The notes under the pieces: model-generated | Databases searched by the model: none | The model's input: only the letters and a program-made list of their open reading frames with translations | Told to the model about the DNA's origin: nothing | Made by a program: the position numbers and the translations under genes | DNA from: a virus | Lineage: Duplodnaviria > Caudoviricetes | Strand: one strand, 5' to 3' | Virus record (IMG/VR): IMGVR_UViG_3300008448_000099 | Coordinates: 1 to 56,328 of that record | Length of the DNA: 56,328 nucleotides | Part shown: piece after piece, positions 8,508 to 17,993 of the stretch | How positions within the stretch are numbered: position 1 is the first letter of the stretch | Layout of the letters: every line of letters starts with the position of its first letter

Positions 8508-9145
8508 TGCCAACCGCCGCCGTCATGACTTATAACTCTTTGGTGGACGATATTTCGTCTTACCTAGAGCGAACCGACCAAGCCACCCTAGACAAGATCC
8601 CAACCTTCATCATGTTGGCTGAGCAGGTTATTGCCTCAGAAATCAAGTTTTTGGGCAATCTGACGGTTCAGCAGAGCACGATGGTGGCGACCCAACCGGT
8701 CATCGACAAGCCCGCCCGGTGGCATAAGACGGTCTCCATGAATGTGGTCGTGGCCGGTGAGCGTCAGCCTGTCCTGCTTCGCAAGTATGAGTACCTTCGG
8801 GAGTATTGGCCTGATGCTACTCAAACGGATGTCCCCAAATTTTATTGTGACTATGACTATACCCATTGGTTGGTAGCTCCGACCCCGGCGTCTGCCTATA
8901 CCTTTGAGGTGCTCTACTATGAGCGGATTCAGCCCCTAGATTCCTCAAATCAGACCAATTGGTTCACGATTTACGCACCCCAGGCGCTCCTGTACGGGAC
9001 TCTGTTGCAGGCCATGCCTTTCCTTAAAAACGATGACCGCACCCCGATGTGGCAGGCTCAGTACGACAAGATCATCAATACCTTGAAGGCTGAAGACGTT
9101 ACCCGGATCGCAGATCGTCAAGCTACTGTATTGGATTCACAATGA
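8507..9145 (+). CDS. Putative head-tail adaptor / tail tubular protein
   Basis: Helical N- and C-termini flanking a beta region ('WLVAPTP..YTFEVLYY', 'ALLYGTL'). Lies in the tail block. Confidence 0.55.
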   Translation: MPTAAVMTYNSLVDDISSYLERTDQATLDKIPTFIMLAEQVIASEIKFLGNLTVQQSTMVATQPVIDKPARWHKTVSMNVVVAGERQPVLLRKYEYLREYWPDATQTDVPKFYCDYDYTHWLVAPTPASAYTFEVLYYERIQPLDSSNQTNWFTIYAPQALLYGTLLQAMPFLKNDDRTPMWQAQYDKIINTLKAEDVTRIADRQATVLDSQ

Positions 9146-10383
9146 GCTACAACTCACCTTTTACCGGTAATGTAATCCAACCGACCGATGTTTCTTACAG
9201 GGCGATCGCCCTGTCGGCCAATACTCAGCTTGAGTGGCCAATTAACGGAAACGCCACGGACGACTATGCCGCTCGGATCATGGAGGTCGTAGCGCTCGCA
9301 GGAGGTCTTCTCCTTGAGATGCCGCCTGCTAATCAGGCTTCTGTAGGTCAAGATGCTCTGATCCGAAATGTTGGTGCGACTACCTTCACGGTAACCGACT
9401 ATGATGGCAATACAATTGTTTCTGTAGCCGCAGGTGAGGCTAAGTACATTTATATTGAGACCAACCCTGATGAGGCGGGTACTTGGGGTGTCATCGCTTT
9501 TGGTGTAGGAACCTCAAATGTGGACGCCGCAACTCTTGCCGGGTACGGACTCTTGGCGGTTGGCAACACCTTAAATCAATCTCACCCGGTCAATACAATT
9601 TCGGCTAACACAACTGTCGGTGTAGCCAATCGAGCACAGACGGTCGTTTGGACGGGGGGTGCCGGAACCCTAACCCTGACTTCAGGAACCACTCTTGGCG
9701 ACAATTGGTTTGTTTTGGTGCGAAACAACGGCACCGGAACCCTTTCTATTACACCGTCAGGCGGTCAACTAATTGACTCTGCTGCGGCCATAGACCTTCA
9801 GCCAGATGACTCATGCTTCGTAATTTGCTCAGGTTCGGCATTTTTTACCGTTGGTATTGGTCGATCTACTGAATTTAACTTCACTCAGTTAACCAAGGCG
9901 GTGACTTCAGGAACGGTCACTTTGACCCCTGCTGAGGCTTCCAACGTCATCCAAAAGTACACCGGAACCCTGTCAGGCAATGTGACGGTAGAGCTTCCGC
10001 AGACCATTCAGGTTTACTACATTACCAACCAAACGGATGGTACGGGCTCAAACTTTGACATCACCTTTACCACCGGCATCTCAGGGTCTGGGGTTGCTAC
10101 GGTTCCTTCTAATCAACAGGCAATCCTGCTCTGTGACTCTGTAAACCTGTTTAATGCCGCTACTGTTGCGGCTGGTATTGTGAACCCTCAACTATCTGAT
10201 GGTTCGGTTGGCGCACCAAGCCTTTCTTTTGCAAGCGAACAAAACACGGGTGTTTACAGGCCAGGTGCAGGCCAGTTTGCGGTCACCGTATTAGGGGCTC
10301 AACGCCTAAATGTCACGGCAAGCGGAATATCCGTTACAGGCACGGGAACCTTTAGCGGTGGCGTTCTTGGCGGGACGTTCTAA
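9142..10383 (+). CDS. Tail structural protein
   Basis: G/T/S-rich beta-type sequence with 'DGSVGAPSLSF..E.NTG.YR' and a C-terminal GGTF. Confidence 0.6.
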   Translation: MSYNSPFTGNVIQPTDVSYRAIALSANTQLEWPINGNATDDYAARIMEVVALAGGLLLEMPPANQASVGQDALIRNVGATTFTVTDYDGNTIVSVAAGEAKYIYIETNPDEAGTWGVIAFGVGTSNVDAATLAGYGLLAVGNTLNQSHPVNTISANTTVGVANRAQTVVWTGGAGTLTLTSGTTLGDNWFVLVRNNGTGTLSITPSGGQLIDSAAAIDLQPDDSCFVICSGSAFFTVGIGRSTEFNFTQLTKAVTSGTVTLTPAEASNVIQKYTGTLSGNVTVELPQTIQVYYITNQTDGTGSNFDITFTTGISGSGVATVPSNQQAILLCDSVNLFNAATVAAGIVNPQLSDGSVGAPSLSFASEQNTGVYRPGAGQFAVTVLGAQRLNVTASGISVTGTGTFSGGVLGGTF

Positions 10384-12617
10384 TGACGCAAAAGGTCTTT
10401 GCCCTTGATACCCTAGCGGGGATTCAACGCGACGGCACTGTCTTCGATAAGCAGTATTACAACGATGGCCGTTGGGTCAGGTTTCAGCGTGGTCGCCCGC
10501 GTAAGGTAGGTGGGTACCGGGTCATTTCAAACGACCTAAGCGGGCCTTCAAGAGGGATTTGGCTAAATCCTCAAAACGCTTTTAATTACATCTTTTCAGG
10601 CTACTCAGACGGCCTACAAGAGCTCATCATTGATGACAATGGTGTTGGTGCCGGATACACAACTCTCACCCTGTCCAACTTTACTGCCTCCCCATTAAAT
10701 CTTTGGCAGTTTGATGGCTTTTATGATGTTGCGGGTGCGGGGGTAAATTCCTTACTAGCCCATCCCGGCCAAAACCTTGCCGCAATTGATAACACGACCA
10801 ACACCCCGGTTTTGATTGGAGACATTAACGGCACGACCATGTCCCAAATTGGGGTGTTTACGGACTCCGTAACGACTACAAACGGACTTCCGACAGTCAC
10901 TTTAGCGGCAAGCAATATCCTTATCGGAGCGGGTCAGACAATCACCGGAACGGGAATACCTGCAAACACTACCGTAGTCTCTGTCTCAAGCACTACGGTT
11001 ACGATGTCCAATAATGCCACGGCATCAGCAACCGTTACGGCAACCTTTAACAATAATGTTGAGGTGTCCGGAGGCGTGGTTTCCCTGCATCCGTATGTGT
11101 TCGTCTACGGAAACAATGGCCTGATTAGAAACTGTTCAGCAGGAAATGCTCAGGATTGGGTGTCGGCCGATGCCAATGAAACCAATGTGGCCACCGGAAA
11201 GATCGTTCAGGGTCTGCCGGTTCGCGGCGGTTCTAACTCTCCTTCAGGGCTCTTTTGGTCGCTCGACTCCCTCATCCGGGTATCTTATGCTCCTCAGTCC
11301 TTAGGTGTTGCCGGAACAGGAAACTTTGCCCCGCCGACCTTCTGGCGGTACGACATCATTTCCTCCCAGACCTCAATACTTTCATCGCAGTCCGTCATTG
11401 AGTATGATGGCGTCTATTATTGGTGCGGTGTCGATAGATTCCTTCTGTATAACGGGGTGGTGAAAGAAATCCCCAATCAGATGAATCAGAACTACTTTTT
11501 TGACAATCTGAACTACAACCAGCGTCAAAAGGTATGGGCAACCAAGGTTCCTCGATTCGGTGAGATTTGGTGGTTCTACCCCCGCGGAAGCTCAACTGAG
11601 TGTAATGACGCCATCATCTATAACATCCGTGAGAACACCTGGTATGACGCCGGCATCGCTTTAGGAGCTCGCCGATCCGCAGGCTACTTCTCTCAGGTGT
11701 TTGCTTACCCAATTGCTGCCGATTGGGAAACGCTTCCCCAAGAGGTGCTTTTAGAGCAGTCGATGACCTATACAAGCGGGTTCAATAAGATCCTATTGAA
11801 TACCTACTACGGCGAGATTGTCCTTAATTGCGTGGTTACCGGAACCGACATCCCTGCTAACACGACCGTGGACGCCATCCAATCTAGCGGTATAAAGGGG
11901 CTAGATACGATCACAGGCGGCTCTCTGTACGGCGATGGCACTTACCCCGATGTTCCCCTCACCGGAGGCTTAGGAGCGGGTGCTACGGCCGATATAACGG
12001 TCTCAGGTGGTGCGGTTACGGATGTCTTGATCGTTGATCCGGGTGCGGCCTATCAGGTCGGGGATGTTCTATCTGCAAGCAATACCAACCTAGGGGGTAC
12101 CGGGTCAGGCTTTTCGGTGCCGGTAGATGACCTATATGTCATGGTTTTGACCCTGTCTAACGCTCCCACGGCTTCTGATACTGCTGAATTGACCTTTAGC
12201 ACCCCTGCTGACCGGATTGAGATCTATCAGCACGAGGTTGGGGTAGATGCCATCAATGGCCAAAATGTCACGGCAATTGAGTCCTACTTTGAAACCTCAG
12301 ATCTTGGGTGGGTAGCCGGTGGTCCTGCTCAGCCGACGATGGAGGGCGCAAACCGTTGGTTAAGACTTGAGCGGGTGGAGCCTGACTTTATTCAGCACGG
12401 GCAGATGAGCCTGATCGTTACAGGTCGCCCCTATGCTCAGATCGATGACAAGGCATCTGATCCTTACTATTTTGACCCCAACACGGGAAAGATTGATATG
12501 AAGGAACAACGCCGGGAGTTGAGGCTGAAATTCATCTCCAACACGGTCGGTGGCGACTATCAGCTTGGTCGTGTGATCCTTAACGCAGATATTGGTGATG
12601 TCAGAGGATATTCATGA
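10383..12617 (+). CDS. Putative tail nozzle/stabilisation protein (tubular protein B/P22 gp10-like) with inserted domains
   Basis: Size, beta-rich composition, 'EIWWFYP...C..AIIYN..E.TW' motif, and position before the ejection genes. Confidence 0.6.
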   Translation: MTQKVFALDTLAGIQRDGTVFDKQYYNDGRWVRFQRGRPRKVGGYRVISNDLSGPSRGIWLNPQNAFNYIFSGYSDGLQELIIDDNGVGAGYTTLTLSNFTASPLNLWQFDGFYDVAGAGVNSLLAHPGQNLAAIDNTTNTPVLIGDINGTTMSQIGVFTDSVTTTNGLPTVTLAASNILIGAGQTITGTGIPANTTVVSVSSTTVTMSNNATASATVTATFNNNVEVSGGVVSLHPYVFVYGNNGLIRNCSAGNAQDWVSADANETNVATGKIVQGLPVRGGSNSPSGLFWSLDSLIRVSYAPQSLGVAGTGNFAPPTFWRYDIISSQTSILSSQSVIEYDGVYYWCGVDRFLLYNGVVKEIPNQMNQNYFFDNLNYNQRQKVWATKVPRFGEIWWFYPRGSSTECNDAIIYNIRENTWYDAGIALGARRSAGYFSQVFAYPIAADWETLPQEVLLEQSMTYTSGFNKILLNTYYGEIVLNCVVTGTDIPANTTVDAIQSSGIKGLDTITGGSLYGDGTYPDVPLTGGLGAGATADITVSGGAVTDVLIVDPGAAYQVGDVLSASNTNLGGTGSGFSVPVDDLYVMVLTLSNAPTASDTAELTFSTPADRIEIYQHEVGVDAINGQNVTAIESYFETSDLGWVAGGPAQPTMEGANRWLRLERVEPDFIQHGQMSLIVTGRPYAQIDDKASDPYYFDPNTGKIDMKEQRRELRLKFISNTVGGDYQLGRVILNADIGDVRGYS

Positions 12618-12886
12618 CGACTCCACTTACCCCTGCTAGCGGTCAACCGTTTATTTATGACCCAAGATTCCATACTTTTGAGTCTTGGGCAGCGCTTATG
12701 TGCGAGCAGTATGCAGGGCAACAGATTGAAATTCCGGGGCCACTTACGGATTGGAAGTTGTGGGGCAACGGATTGAAAGCTATTGATGTCTTTACGAATG
12801 AGGCTATCCCGGCAACCGATGAATTCAATAATTGGTTTGATTGGGCTCAGGAACTGTTATCAATGATCAACCCGCGGGTAGCGTAA
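12614..12886 (+). CDS. Hypothetical virion-region protein
   Basis: ATGA overlap with the previous gene. Trp-rich. Confidence 0.6.
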   Translation: MTTPLTPASGQPFIYDPRFHTFESWAALMCEQYAGQQIEIPGPLTDWKLWGNGLKAIDVFTNEAIPATDEFNNWFDWAQELLSMINPRVA

Positions 12887-12888
12887 TC

Positions 12889-15800
12889 ATGGCGTTTGAA
12901 GACGATATTTATCAAAACTCTTTCTTAGGCTTCAGACCTAACAGAATGAGAGAGTTTCGTGATTACGAAGATGCCGGTATTGATGTTTTTGCGCCGACTA
13001 GCCAAGACATGAATGCCGCCAATATTGCTAATACGGCAAACACAACGCCTGCTTCTAACATTGATCAGTTTCAAGAAGGTATTGATTCTCAAATATCTGC
13101 ATTAAATCAAGTCTCTGACTCTTCGTTAACAACTGAGCAAACTACCAAGCAAACCACCGGCGCATTACCCGGAGGCAAAACGGATACTGTAACGGTAGCA
13201 GATACCGCAATTACCGGAGCATTGCCGGGAGGTAGCGCAGATACCGTAACGGCAACCGCCCAAGATGTGGTTACAGGGGCTACAACCGGAGCAGAAACCA
13301 AGGCTGCTGATACATCAGGAGCATTAACCACAGCAACGACCGATATGTCACAACAGGGTGCGTTGCCAGGAGGAACCCAAACTGCTACCACAACGACTGC
13401 AAAGACGACCGATCCAAAAGACCTTGTTTATGACTATCAGGGCAAGTCTTACGACAAAAACCAACTTCTAAGCCTAGCAGCTCAAATTGGGCCAAACATT
13501 ACAAGCCTTGCTGGTGGTGTGTTTTCAACATCCGGGCAAAGCGTTGGCTTTGACTTTGATGAAGCTACCAAGATTCTTGGTGCAGAACCTACGGTCGGGC
13601 AGCAGGTCGTTTTGGATATGGCTCGTAACCTGCTCAATATGGGCGTTACTGACCTAAGTCAGCTCAATATCAAAGAGCAAAAAGAAGATCTAGAGGTCTT
13701 TGAGATTCTTGACGATCAAGGAAGGCCAACGGGAACTTACGGGACTTCGGTGCAAGACCCGAATAATCCTGAAGGAACCATGACTCGAATTCTGACGCCA
13801 GAAGAAGCGGCAAGAATTCGCACGGAAAGCACTCAAGGATCGGAAGGCGATAATGTCCGAAAGATTGCAGAAGACATCCTTACAGGTCGAACTCTTTATT
13901 CTGGCGATCAACTGATCAATGCTTCCAATCAGGTAACCGAAGGGCTATCTTTTGATATCGGTGTGACCTATACCGGCCCTGATTCGACTCGGTATCGGTT
14001 GATCATGAACCCGACAACGGGTAAGCCTGAGTTTGCGGCCTATTACTCAAGCACAAGCGATATGGACAAGGTCGGGGCGATTTTGACCATGGCATCGTTT
14101 GTCCCGCAACTTGCTGTTTTTGCTAAAGCAATCCAAGCGGGTATCGCCATTAAGAACGGTGATGTCTTAAATGGGTTGGCTAATCTTGCGGGAGTGGGCG
14201 GGTTTAACAATGTAGCGACGGCTCTTCAGGTAGCAAACGCTGCTAAAAACGGTGACGCCGTTCAATTAGTAAGCGCTCTTGTATCCAACGCAGATGTTGC
14301 CAAAGCAGCCGGCGATATAAAAATTGCCGGAGACATTAGTCTTAAAGATGTTGGAAACGGCATAAAGCTAGCCGATGCCATCAACAACCAAAATTGGAGT
14401 GGTGCGCTAACGATTGCCGGGACGATGTCAAATAGTCCTGACCTAGTTACGGCAGGCGCAGCGACCAAAGTAATTACGGCAATTCAGTCAGGCAACCCTA
14501 TTTTGATTGCTGATGCGGCTATGAACCTTAATAAGGTTACAAATGCGGCAAACAATATTACCGATCAGAATGTTGCAACCAAGATTGCTGATAGCGTCAA
14601 AAACACTCAGGTTGCGTCTCTAAACACTTCTGTCACCGGAACGGCTACGGACGCGGTTGGTGATATGTTGGACACCACCGTAGGCGGTGGTGGCAACGAT
14701 CTGACCGTCAAGGCTGACGATGTAAGCGCAGAAGACACATTTACCGGTCTTGATCAGTTAGCGGTAGATACCTTTGTGGACGCCAAGAACAAGGGCGCAA
14801 CCGACGAAGAGGCGCTGAATGCCGCCAATAGTGTCCTGACAGCCTCAAAGACTACGGTAGATGAGTTTGGTGGCTTTGGCGACGCAACTAAAGCTACAAC
14901 TGAGCGAAATGTCTTAAATATTAGCAATACTGAAGCGAACACACCGGAAGAAGCCGCTAATCTTGCCGCATCTAAAGGTTATTCTAGTTTTACCTTCGGA
15001 GGCACAACCTACGCTTTAAGCGCATCCGCTCAAGATGTAGATCGACAAGTTGCTAATCAAGAGATTGCCTCTCAGTCTAGTTTTAATGATGCTTATAAAG
15101 TTGCCCGTGAAAGGCTTGGCCCAGGGCAGACCTTTGAATGGAATGGTAAGTCATACTCAACAGACACCCGTGAGGAAAATCCTGTTCTTGCTGCGGCTTC
15201 TGATGCGGCAATTGCGGCTAAGACGGCAACCAAGACATATACAAATTACGACACCAAATCAATGGCTGATGCTCAGTCTCAAATTGATTTGTCGGGATTG
15301 GATCAGGCTCAAACTTACGGCACCTTTGATCCATTCTTGAAGTCAGCCGGTCTTGGTGGCGAATATATCATTGTTGATGACAAGATTAGTAAGCAGATTA
15401 TTGACCCCGTGGTCAAGACGGTTGGTTTGGCCACTCGAGGCGTTGGCGGAATTGTTGACTTTACCGCAGGTACGCTCCAGGCGATTAATGTAATCGACAA
15501 AAACTCACCGTTAATTCAAATTGCTTCGGATCTAAAAGAACTTGGAAATCAGCAAGTTGGCGAATACCTTGTAAACCAAGAAAAAGAGTTTGTTAGCAGG
15601 ATTAGTGAGGCTGAAGGATTAACTGGAAAGTTAAAAGCGTTAGCAGACGGAATTATTAAAAACCCATCTGCTTTGTTAACCCTTGGTGCAAGCGAGTTAG
15701 TGGAAGAAGCTCCAAGTGTTGTTGGAGCGGTTGTTTCAATAATTGCAAGAGCCCCAAAAATCATAGCCTACGGCGTTAACGCGGTTACTAACCTTGTTGA

Positions 15801-17991
15801 GGCGGCAGGAGCAAACTACAACGACACCAAGAAACAGGCTCTTGATGCCGGAATGAGCGAGGCAGATGCACACGCTGCCGCTCAAAAGTCAGCGGGAGCC
15901 GCCGGAGCACTTGCGTTTGTTCTTGGGCCTGTAGCAGAGATGCCCTTAATTAAACGAGCCGGAGATCTTGTTGAGGGTGTCGCACAGACAGGCGTTAAAC
16001 AAAGCGCCAAAGAGGTCGGCAAAACAGTAGGCAAAGAAGTTGTAACTGAGAGCGCTGAAGGCGGCGGTGCTGCTGCCGTTGGAAGTTACTTTGCTACCGG
16101 TCAGGTTGACATGAATCAGGTGCTGACTTCAGCGGTGCTTGACCCTGCGGTTGCAGGAAATGTATCCGGAACGGTTGCCACGGTTGTGGAGGTTGCAGGC
16201 AATAAGCCCGCTACAGGCGAAATGATCTCTGCATCGGTTTCCAATCCTGAGCAAGCTCAGACCCTCATTAACACGGTCAACACGGCCATGCAGCCAGGGG
16301 CAGATCTGAAGCAGGCAAGCATAGAAATTGTTTCAACCTTGACGGCTTCTGGAATGAACACTCAGCAGGCTGAGAGCGTAGCAAACACGGCAGTTGCTGA
16401 GCAGATTATTACGAACATCAACAATTACGGTGATCTAAATATTCCGAATGTGAATATTACAGTCGGTGCTGATAAGTTTGGAAACGCGGTTACCTTAGGC
16501 GACTACTTGGGTAGCTCTGTAACCGGCTTAGGAAATATTGAGTATATTGCACCTGATGTCTCTATCGGAACCAATGCGCAGGGTCAGCCAATTACCGTAG
16601 GTGATCTGTCAAGTTTGGGTAAGTTTGGAGCGGCTACTGATACAACTCAAGCTGCTGACACAACGCAGGTTGCTGATACGACTACGGACACAAAGACCGG
16701 AGCCACTACATCGACGGACGCTACTACCGGGGCTACAACTCAGACAACTACTGACGCGGCCACAAACACGACTACTGAAACAACGACAAATAACAATACA
16801 GGTGTCAACACGCAGGTTGTTACAGACACAAAGAATGACACAAAGACAACCACAACGACTGATACCAATACAAATACAACCACTCAGACAACAACAAATG
16901 CTGAGACAAATGTAACTACTGAAACGACGGTCAATACTGACACAAATACCGTCACTCAGACTAATACAGACCCGAATACCAACACCCAGACAACAACTCA
17001 GATTGATAACAGCACAAATGTTGTCACAGAGACCAAGACTGATAACAACTCAAGTACTGAAACAAAGGTAGTTACTGACCCAAATAATAATATTCAGACA
17101 ACCACAGTTATTGACACGAGCACAGGCGAGGTTATTGACACCAAGACGACGGTTGTTCCACCGGATTGGAAAGAGCCGGATATTGATACGCCTGATCCGG
17201 TAGAACCTACAGAACCTGATACCAAGACCAAGACAACGCCGACCAAGAAAACGCCAACAAAAACCCAGCCGTCACCGGCGCTTGGTTTAAGTTTATTGGC
17301 TGCACCTACAATTTTCCCTGACGATGGGCCAAAGTTTAAAGACCCGTTCATTACAAGCGCGGCTGAACAACGCAAGTTTGTCGGCTCTCTTGATCCATTC
17401 TTCCAAGAGGTGGAATCAGGAGATATGCTTCACCCTGACTTTATGGCTCAAGCGCCGTCCATGCAATTACAAGACCAAGAAGATACGAAGGAAGAAACGA
17501 TGCCCAATTACTTTACCTATGGGATGCAGACAGACCTTGATAGTCTGTTTGGCCCATTCGGTGCCACCGGAACCGGCTTGTCTCAGTTTGAAGATGAGAT
17601 GGCTGCTAAGCGCGGCGGTTTAGCCGCTCCTCTAATGGCAGGTGGCGGTCTTACCCGATACGGTCGGTATGCCGGCGGAGGCGTACCCTTGGTAGCGCAT
17701 TCAGGCAAGACAAGGGTAGACTTCCGTCAGGGTGACGCGGTGACGGGGCCGGGAGATGGTCAATCTGACAGCATCCCTGCAATGCTCGCAGACGGGGAGT
17801 TTGTGATCCCTGCCGATGTCGTGGCCGCCCTTGGGAACGGTTCTACAAAGGCTGGATCAGACAAACTATACGACATGATGCACTCCATACGGGCTTATCA
17901 CCGATCGGCTAAACCGAAAGACCTGCCTCCTGAGGCAAAGGCAAACCCGTTGGACTATCTGAAAAAACCCTCCCGAAAGGCTAGGAGATAA
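12889..17991 (+). CDS. Very large putative internal virion/ejection protein
   Basis: About 1700 aa with Ala/Gly-rich helices, a Thr-rich tract and a C-terminal 'GPGDGQSDSIPAMLADGEFV' domain. ATG 12889 follows the previous stop. Confidence 0.65.
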   Translation: MAFEDDIYQNSFLGFRPNRMREFRDYEDAGIDVFAPTSQDMNAANIANTANTTPASNIDQFQEGIDSQISALNQVSDSSLTTEQTTKQTTGALPGGKTDTVTVADTAITGALPGGSADTVTATAQDVVTGATTGAETKAADTSGALTTATTDMSQQGALPGGTQTATTTTAKTTDPKDLVYDYQGKSYDKNQLLSLAAQIGPNITSLAGGVFSTSGQSVGFDFDEATKILGAEPTVGQQVVLDMARNLLNMGVTDLSQLNIKEQKEDLEVFEILDDQGRPTGTYGTSVQDPNNPEGTMTRILTPEEAARIRTESTQGSEGDNVRKIAEDILTGRTLYSGDQLINASNQVTEGLSFDIGVTYTGPDSTRYRLIMNPTTGKPEFAAYYSSTSDMDKVGAILTMASFVPQLAVFAKAIQAGIAIKNGDVLNGLANLAGVGGFNNVATALQVANAAKNGDAVQLVSALVSNADVAKAAGDIKIAGDISLKDVGNGIKLADAINNQNWSGALTIAGTMSNSPDLVTAGAATKVITAIQSGNPILIADAAMNLNKVTNAANNITDQNVATKIADSVKNTQVASLNTSVTGTATDAVGDMLDTTVGGGGNDLTVKADDVSAEDTFTGLDQLAVDTFVDAKNKGATDEEALNAANSVLTASKTTVDEFGGFGDATKATTERNVLNISNTEANTPEEAANLAASKGYSSFTFGGTTYALSASAQDVDRQVANQEIASQSSFNDAYKVARERLGPGQTFEWNGKSYSTDTREENPVLAAASDAAIAAKTATKTYTNYDTKSMADAQSQIDLSGLDQAQTYGTFDPFLKSAGLGGEYIIVDDKISKQIIDPVVKTVGLATRGVGGIVDFTAGTLQAINVIDKNSPLIQIASDLKELGNQQVGEYLVNQEKEFVSRISEAEGLTGKLKALADGIIKNPSALLTLGASELVEEAPSVVGAVVSIIARAPKIIAYGVNAVTNLVEAAGANYNDTKKQALDAGMSEADAHAAAQKSAGAAGALAFVLGPVAEMPLIKRAGDLVEGVAQTGVKQSAKEVGKTVGKEVVTESAEGGGAAAVGSYFATGQVDMNQVLTSAVLDPAVAGNVSGTVATVVEVAGNKPATGEMISASVSNPEQAQTLINTVNTAMQPGADLKQASIEIVSTLTASGMNTQQAESVANTAVAEQIITNINNYGDLNIPNVNITVGADKFGNAVTLGDYLGSSVTGLGNIEYIAPDVSIGTNAQGQPITVGDLSSLGKFGAATDTTQAADTTQVADTTTDTKTGATTSTDATTGATTQTTTDAATNTTTETTTNNNTGVNTQVVTDTKNDTKTTTTTDTNTNTTTQTTTNAETNVTTETTVNTDTNTVTQTNTDPNTNTQTTTQIDNSTNVVTETKTDNNSSTETKVVTDPNNNIQTTTVIDTSTGEVIDTKTTVVPPDWKEPDIDTPDPVEPTEPDTKTKTTPTKKTPTKTQPSPALGLSLLAAPTIFPDDGPKFKDPFITSAAEQRKFVGSLDPFFQEVESGDMLHPDFMAQAPSMQLQDQEDTKEETMPNYFTYGMQTDLDSLFGPFGATGTGLSQFEDEMAAKRGGLAAPLMAGGGLTRYGRYAGGGVPLVAHSGKTRVDFRQGDAVTGPGDGQSDSIPAMLADGEFVIPADVVAALGNGSTKAGSDKLYDMMHSIRAYHRSAKPKDLPPEAKANPLDYLKKPSRKARR

Positions 17992-17993
17992 GC

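Noticed and set aside
12889-17991. Tape measure protein
   Set aside because: No tail tube, sheath or frameshifted chaperone genes are recognisable, and the context is podovirus-like ejection genes.
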